A stretch of 64,000 bases of DNA, taken from NCBI GenBank assembly GCA_020536535.1, contig JAHLWZ010000815.1, positions 53,099-117,098 of the forward strand. Direction: 5' to 3'. This document shows positions 55,870 through 64,000 of the stretch, in pieces. The stretch comes from Pelomyxa schiedti (taxonomy: Eukaryota > Protista > Evosea). A program made the position numbers and the translations under genes. How positions within the stretch are numbered: the stretch's first letter is position 1; each line of letters opens with the position of its first letter. The notes under the pieces are model-generated. The model searched no databases, had not been told where the DNA came from, and worked only from the letters and a program-made list of their open reading frames with translations.

Positions 55870-56800
55870 ATGCAATCGCCAACTACGAGAGACGGCAAGT
55901 CCTTCAAGGACGCTGGCGTTTTGGCTTTGTTGGTGAAAGACGCCAATGACGGATCTGTCCACTTGCTCTACACACTGGTCAGTGGGCCACGGTGACGCAA
56001 CGATTTCCATTTCACATCCACACATGCGCGACTAACTGTCACTCCATTATGGGCACACAATCCAACAGAGAACAAAGGACGTTGGCAGCCACAAGGGCGA
56101 GGTCTCATTCCCTGGTGGCAAATTCGACATTGGTGTTGACAATTCCTTTCGTGACACCGCCCTCAGAGAAGCTGAAGAGGAGGTTCAGTTTGTTTTTTCG
56201 CTAATTACTTACTTTACAATTGCGAAATTGGCGAATTCGAAAAACAAAAACGAAATGTTAAAGTGTGCTGTAGGTTGGGCTGAGGAAAGAGAGTGTGGAT
56301 GTACTTGGTGACCTGGATCCTTATTATGTGTCAACTGGATTCTGTATTCACCCTGTAGTTGGTGTTTTGAGGCACTCTGTTGCTCTAAATGGAGTGAACC
56401 CCAATCCAAATGTGTTCCCTCCCACAGCTTGTAGCGTAACACAGCTTCCAACTGGTTTTGATCAAGCTCCTGGATTGGTTGCCTCACCTCAATCCCAAAC
56501 AACACCTACTCAGGCCCCATTCTTTCTTGCCAGTGTTGGGGAAGTTGCTAGGGTTTTCACTGTAAAAGTTTCTGATCTGGCCAATCCAAATTTGTGGCAC
56601 TGTGAACAATGGGGAGTAGGGATTCCTCTCAAGCCACCAACCTAACAGGAACACAAATACTTGGACCACTGGCAAACACAGCTTCAAGTAACACAAGCGG
56701 AACATTGTGCCCTGGATTCCCTGTATATTTCTTCAAGCACCCTTCATACAATTTATGGGGAGCAACTGCTCATATAACCCTTGATATCCTTAAAAGGTAG
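55870..56800 (+). CDS. Nudix hydrolase, CoA-pyrophosphatase type (NUDT7/NUDT8/PCD1-like); ends approximate
   Basis: AGVLALL..LLYTLR...SHKGEVSFPGGK.D....DTALREAEEEVGL, EVARVFTV and LWGATA. Confidence 0.88.
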
Positions 56801-56974
56801 GTTACATGAAGGCAAAAGCAATGTATTTAAATAAACTCGAGTTTATTTAGTGCATTAATACATTGAAGATTGTTTGGGTTTGTAATACAAACATTTGATC
56901 CCGCAGTACGGCCAACCCCAGGTTTTATTTCATTCTGTATCCTTGGTTACCCACTTGTGACAAAAAGGTTTAAT

Positions 56975-57440
56975 TTCCGCTATTCCACAAGGAATGTTGG
57001 AGGAACATAGAAGACAGGCCCACCTCCGGGACTATGTTCATATGGCTGTCTCACCCCCCCCATCCTCCAGTTGAATTGACATTCTTTAATTACACTTCTC
57101 TTTGTCAGTGTGCAATTTTCCTTGAAACACTGGGGACTTTTTTTTGCTTGAAAGGGAGTGGTCTTGAAGAAAAACAAGCTGCAGCTTCAGTTGGTCTGTT
57201 TTCTGTTATAAATCTTTGAGCACTGATAGGTGGGTTTGTGGAGACTGCTTTGTGTTGCCTTTTTGGTACCAACCACAAAACATAATACGTGTTGTGCGCT
57301 CAATACTTCTCTGTATAACATAGATGTGTGATTCTGACGAAGATGACCGAGAGATTTTGGGCAACCCCCTGACACTCGAAGAGGCTAAAAACCTGTACAT
57401 TATTGCCAAAGTGAGGGAAACTGCTTGTGTATTCAACTAA
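56975..57440 (+). pseudogene. Orphan 3' fragment of a protein kinase-like gene
   Basis: KECWRNIEDRPTS resembles kinase subdomain XI, and a later exon-like block reads MCDSDEDDREILGNPLTLEEAK. No upstream kinase exons are seen. Confidence 0.35.
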
Positions 57441-57603
57441 AGTCCACCACAGAGAAAATTGATGGACTCATTGATACCTCCATTCCCTGAGTCGGATAAA
57501 TTTTATGGCGCTGCACTCCACTGGATAAAAAAAAAAACTTGATGCTTGATTGTGGGATAATTTTGTCTTTCTTTTCCTGTGTGTCATCAACCAGTATGTT
57601 GTT

Positions 57604-58661
<1,058 letters not shown>

Positions 58662-58803
58662 TCACCGTTCTTGGCCAGTGAGGGCGAGTGCCGTGCAGCA
58701 TCATTCCTGAGCGTCGTTTCCGGGTAGCCCCAGGGCACCTTTTGAAAGGACACAGAGACGAAAAGATTAAAAAAAATTAAAACAGACCGCCGGTTTCTTT
58801 AAA

Positions 58804-59587
58804 ATGCTGGTACTATCGACTGCAATCCACAACCGTTATCTTCACAACCACCATCTGTATTTCTTGTTCGTAGCTAAATTTTTTTCTCTCTTTTTTGGGC
58901 CGTATTTTTTGTAGTATACAGTGAAGGGCTGCCTTGGTGCGCAGATCAAGACTATTGATGTGGAGCAGGGAACTCCCTTCTCCGAAGTCAAGCGAATGCT
59001 CGAGACAAAATTCCACGTTCCTCTCACCGTGTCTTGGAGAAACTCTGCTGTGTACCAGGTACTTACTTATGGGTCACTCACTCTCATCGATTGTCCTGTG
59101 TTTTCTTTGGCGATGTGTTTTGTTATTGTTATTATGCCATTTTTAAATGGCCAACAAGTAACTTTTTTCTTACTCACTCTATATCACACTCAATAGGACC
59201 AACAGTATGATATTGTCTTGAAGGATGCCATTTCCCACAAAGCAAAGTTCATTACACTTGACCTTGTTGCGCCCACAATGGGCTCACATGTGCCAGTGAA
59301 GCCAGAAGTAGTATCGTCTCCTACCCCCAAGCCTTCTCCCACCCATCAGCCCCTCGTTCGTAGTATGCAGTCCTCTATGCTTTTCTTCTATAAAGTCTTG
59401 TATTATAATATGTTGGGAAGTACAACTCATACTTACTATCTACTGTAACATGTACTTGTATTACTGAAGGCAAACCACACTAACAATTTTTCCAGAAGAT
59501 ACTGGTAGCTTTGTTTTCTGCTCCAATTGTGGAAACAAACTCCCGGCTACTGCCAAGTTCTGTGGTGGTTGTGGTAATAGGATGTAG
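58804..59587 (+). CDS. Small PB1-like + C-terminal double zinc-ribbon protein
   Basis: ML|YTVKGCLGAQIKTIDV...FSEVKRMLETKF and FCSNCGNKLPATAKFCGGCG. Confidence 0.65.
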
Positions 59588-59685
59588 TCAAAACAGACAC
59601 AACATGCAGACACAAAGACTGAACAGAGTGAAATAAAATAAATAGAGGTTTTTTTAGCAAAGTTCTTTCCTCTGTTTTTTGGTGT

Positions 59686-62600
59686 CTAAATATAAGTCTC
59701 ACGTAAAGAGGTTGTAGTGAGGTTCCCAAGAAGGTCTTCTGGATTAAAGGCAGACTTTCCATAGAATTCCACAGTGTAAATGGTTTTGGGTCTAATGAGG
59801 AATCCATTCTTGCTGAACCTGGGGTTAAAAGAGGTTGAGTTCGTACAGTTAAAAGCTCACAGTGTACCTTCCAGGAATGGATGTTTGTAAGAATACAAAT
59901 GGAGCCATAGTGGAAGAGCTTAATGTGAGTCGCGCAGAGGATTCGTCAATGGACTGGAAACAGTTTAAAAGAGAATAGGGAAAGAAACAGCACGGTCACT
60001 TACAGTCACATTTGAAACGGTGATATTCGGACTTGGCAAAGAAACATCCTGGAAGTCAGATAAGAAGAAAGTGTTTTCACTCAACAGTTCCCCCAACGAA
60101 TTTGTCCATGTAAGAACAAAAACGCACTCAGAACGCTTCCTTGCACCTTTTTTCCGCGAATTAGACGGATATTCTCAATAGGAGAGGGGAGTGTATACCA
60201 ATCATTGAAGAAATGGTATTCGAGTAGACTTTGGAACTTGTTTGTGGATTGATGGAGAAAGTTGTTGACCATTTGCCGAGAACTGAACCATCAGCCCAGG
60301 ATACAGCTTCAATAAGGAGGCTTGATGACGTAATACTATCTTCCAGATCTGATACAGCATACACTTGCAGGGTATTTACTGGCTTCTCATAACTGGATAT
60401 CAATGTGGGAGCAAAGAAGTCAACAGCATAGTTGTGCTATAATTGTTAAGCTTAGTCAATTTGTTGGTAATCCTTACTGCAAGCTTCCAACGCCCATTAT
60501 ACTCCATAGAACTCCATGTTGGTCCTTGCCATATCTAACTACAGTTTAGCTTCCTGTATTAGTTAATTGCATACATCATTTAGTTGCCAGTATATGGCTC
60601 CCATGGTTGTGTAGGCCTCTCTTCCTCGCCTGTAATGTTCTGATTCATACTTCACACAAAGGCCTTGCACAATTTGGGATACATAAACATAATACTCGAA
60701 TTGTTGAGTGGCATCAGGGTTTGCTGGGAATTTGAAGTGCAACTAATGTGTGTTAGCTAGAAACATGAAGGAGTCTTATGAGGTTACGCTAATCATGTCA
60801 TCGAGCATTTCATTCCAACTGGGAGAGTGTTGCCGGTGTTCCATCATAGGGGAGTCAATGTACCAGTCCGATGGATCAGTGGCCTCACTCCATGTGTACA
60901 TTGACGGGAAAGACTAAGCGGAAATCATTAAGGGCAATACTTGGTTGCTAATTACCTGATACCCATACTCTGATGCAAATCTTGGATTGGGGAATGTATC
61001 CACATCCCAACAATCCGAGCCGGAGTAAAAGTGGAGATCTCCAGAGGTCTCAGAATTTCCATCACCCCATCGGCCGACCTTGTTAATATTAAATCAAAAC
61101 CTGAGAAGCCACCAAAACATACCCACATCTCGTTACTGTCTACGAGAGGAGCGTTTGTTGGACTGCTGGATTGGAAATCTCTTGTCATATCCTCATTTCG
61201 TACAGAAGTCCTCTGGATAGAGTAAATACTAAGTATTGCAATTGAGATACACACAATAGTATTGATGTATAATATGGAGTAATCCACGGTATAGAGCTGC
61301 TTATTTTCGTTGGATTCTTCATACCAGCCTGCAAGGGCAACTTCATTTTCATTATTTGCACCCCAAATGACAACAGACGGGTGGGATTCCAAGCGTCTCA
61401 CCTTTTTAAGGGTAAATATTTGGGGACTCCAGTCAGAAAATACCTGTTGAGCAACCTCTTCCGCAACATTGGCCAAGAAAGTTTTATCCCTTGGGTACAG
61501 AGAGCAGGCAAACATGAATTCTTGCCACACCATAAGTCCCATCTCGTCAGCTAAATCATAAAATTCATCATTTTGATAAATGCCTGCGTAAGAGTAAGGC
61601 AGCTCCATCACCATTAACAAGCACACCTCCACCCCACACACGAACAATATTCATGTTGGCATCCACAGCAGATTGCAGCAAGGCCTGAAGAATGTCATGT
61701 GTTACCTGTAGGAGAAAGTTACTCAGTGATCAAAGCAGCGGGACAATCAAACCCGACTGTGGAAACTGTCGGCAGGGATCCAGTTTGCACCCTTAACTGA
61801 GGTTTGGATTGGAAGAAAAGTAAGAAAGGCACTACCTTAGCAAAAACTGGTACTCCATTGACAGTAAAGTAGAATGACTCTCCATCTGAAAGCTCATCTT
61901 GAACAACTTTTACATCACGGAATCCAACGTTTCGGGAGATGGAAGACTCTGATAGAAGCCCTCCTGTGAACGTCAACTGAAGTTCATATCTATAATAAGA
62001 TGAGCCCGATCAGTGAGATCAGTTGATAACATTTTTCTAGTTGAGGGCCCTAAGCCAACAGGCCACCAGAGATCGGGATTCTGGCAAGTGAGATTGACAA
62101 TAATCCAATTTGATCCTGGATGGAAGTGTCAAAGAAAAAACCAGGATTGCAGACGGAGTTGTACCCTCTTGTAGTGTGACTTGTTGCGAGGCTGACACGC
62201 CAAGATCTGGGATTGATGCAACTAGTTTCCCAGTTGCCCCAGCAGTAGCAGTTAGTTCAACTCGGGACTTAGAGATGATTAACTTCAATTGGGAATGAGT
62301 GCAGCAGTACCATGACGGTAAATATAGAAGAAGACACTGGGAAAATTTGAACGGAGCTATCTGTAATGACAGCCTCGGAGTAGCTTTGCAGCCCAATTGC
62401 CTTCCAGATTCCTTGGGGAATGAAGCAGGGCCCCCTGGATAAATGAGACTAAATAGCAGAGATGTACACAAACCAGTCCCATGCAAATGAACATTGGGAT
62501 TTCCGAATGAAATTGCGATATGGTTCCTGTGTTGGGTATGCCGTGAATGGAACAGAGTAAGGATAGGCTTGTGCTTTGTCTGCCGCATATGTGGCAGCTG

Positions 62601-63461
62601 ACTGGAACCTATTATATAAAGATGAAATGAAAGAGAAACTTAAATGAGAGAGGCTACTTGATGGAAATAGTATTGTAACCCGAAGTGATTACATTTGACA
62701 CATCCCAAGAGTACCTTGGCCGAATGAGCAAGGACCATGAACAAATGAATACCTTCTGAACTGATTATCTGTCTGACCAATCTGAACAGAATTCAGAGTG
62801 ACAGTAGCCACAGTATCCAGGCCCTGTACAGGAAGACTCACTACATAGCTTTTTTTTTACAGATTCAATAATGTGTCACACCTCACAAACAAGCATTACA
62901 ACTTTGTTCAGCAATAAGCCGCTGTCAGCAACAAACTTCATAGAATATGTCCAATCATCTAAAGCCACCCACCTTCACTGAATGTCACGGAACCGCCCAC
63001 AAAAGGCTACAAATTTAACCCAATAGTTCAAACAAACAAACAAACAAACAAACAAACAAACAAACAAACAAACAAACAAACAAACAAACAAACAAACAAA
63101 CAAACAAACAAACAAACAAACAAACAAACAAACGCGAAGCGAATGAAAGGGACCTGTAAGTTACGTCGTTGTCGCGCCAGTAGGGGTCAGGGATCAACCC
63201 GGCAGAATACAGCGCGGTGTGCACGTCGCCGGGCACCGTCGCCGCGGCGGCGATGCTGCCGTTGGCGTTGGCCACCGTCCACGCCCCGCTGCCGCCCTCG
63301 AGCGACTGGTACCACACGCCGGGCGAGGACGACGCCGCGTCCGCCCGATGCCCATGCGCACGTGGATGCACTGCAAGAAACGGGAAGGCCACGGCGAGGA
63401 CGGCGACGGCAGCAGCCCACACGGCCAACGTCGGCACAACTGTTCGCCTCATCGACACCAT
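59686..63461 (-). CDS. MANBA: Beta-mannosidase (glycoside hydrolase family 2), secreted, many introns
   Basis: Signal peptide; VPGDVHTAL...IPDPY; FSWD.GP; GANWIP; RVWGGG; WQEFMFAC; WGANNENE; YWQLND.WQ. Confidence 0.93.
63029..63133. repeat. (CAAA)n microsatellite, about 26 copies, in the first intron of beta-mannosidase
   Basis: Direct reading of the sequence. Confidence 0.97.
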
Positions 63462-63953
63462 CAAAATGACAGAAGACGTTAGAAACTTACCTCCTCAATT
63501 CGCCGGAGGCCCTCGTAACGCCGACACTTCAGACAATTTTTTCCCCAAAGTCTCAGCAAAACCCTTTTTTAACTTAAGTCGAAGAAGCACCAAAGTTTGC
63601 TACAAAAAGAAGTCTATCCTGGTTTTGGGTGCATGGGAGGGGGTGTTTCCTCACAGTACCAGGTACTTTTTCCTCCTAAATCTATTTTTAGACTTTTCCC
63701 ATTATTGTGGACACCGGTCTGGCGGGTGCATCTTTAGGCCCCCATCCCTGAAAGAATTATACTCAAATGATGTGCTAAAATAAACCCAACAACTTCCTCC
63801 AGGCATAACCTACACTGCACCCCAAACAGTTTACAAAGTCAAGATTAGCAGCCTTGCAAAAGGTGTTGTGGTACAGAAATATTGTTGATTTGTTACATGA
63901 CAATGTGGTAACACTGGTATGACAACCTTATATTGCAAGGTTGGAATCTCAGC

Positions 63954-64000
63954 CTATTATGGTGGGTTAACTTGTTGTTGTAAGCAACCCACCATAATAG
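63954..64000. repeat. Perfect 15-bp inverted repeat at the window edge
   Basis: CTATTATGGTGGGTT (63954-63968) / AACCCACCATAATAG (63986-64000). Confidence 0.85.

Noticed and set aside
56991-57085. Possible pseudoknot (GAACATAG/CTATGTTC with AGACAG/CTGTCT)
   Set aside because: The stems are short, there is no promoter or terminator, and the segment reads as a kinase-like coding fragment.
63029-63133. (CAAA)n as a telomeric or templated product
   Set aside because: It is an ordinary intronic microsatellite and does not match the predicted 12-nt repeats.

Overview
Gene-dense eukaryotic DNA with many short (about 40-60 nt) spliceosomal introns and GC/CpG-rich first exons. It is most likely from an amoebozoan, possibly an anaerobic Archamoebae-type organism; this is inferred from gene content and the promoter motif, not from a search. 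About 22 protein genes can be recognised: F-box protein, FKBP15-like, YwaF/TMEM164-like, TRM10, BLOC-1 Cappuccino, an intron-containing MttB-family methyltransferase, NIPA/Rsm1, Stealth, MRJP/yellow, type II thioesterase, RING-TRAF-YEATS, VIT/G-patch/DUF2135, BEACH, BAF60-like, tetraspanin, an LD-motif pseudokinase with ARM repeats, Nudix CoAse, UMP-CMP kinase, PB1/zinc-ribbon protein and beta-mannosidase. There is also a decayed piggyBac-type transposase. The most striking signal is non-coding: two intergenic, highly structured candidate RNA genes (8168-8761 +, about 594 nt; 19424-18982 -, 443 nt). Each has a DUSE-type WCCCAYAA element 64-65 nt upstream, a stem pairing its 5' and 3' ends, and an oligo-T terminator. 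Both share a CTACTCATC core set inside a 12-nt unit plus 4-5 nt of terminal redundancy, which is the layout of a telomerase-RNA template, predicting (GATGAGTAGATT)n and (GATGAGTAGTTG)n products. Several other long hairpins and structured elements are present. All exon boundaries, folds and family calls were made by eye, so multi-exon gene ends may be off by an exon.
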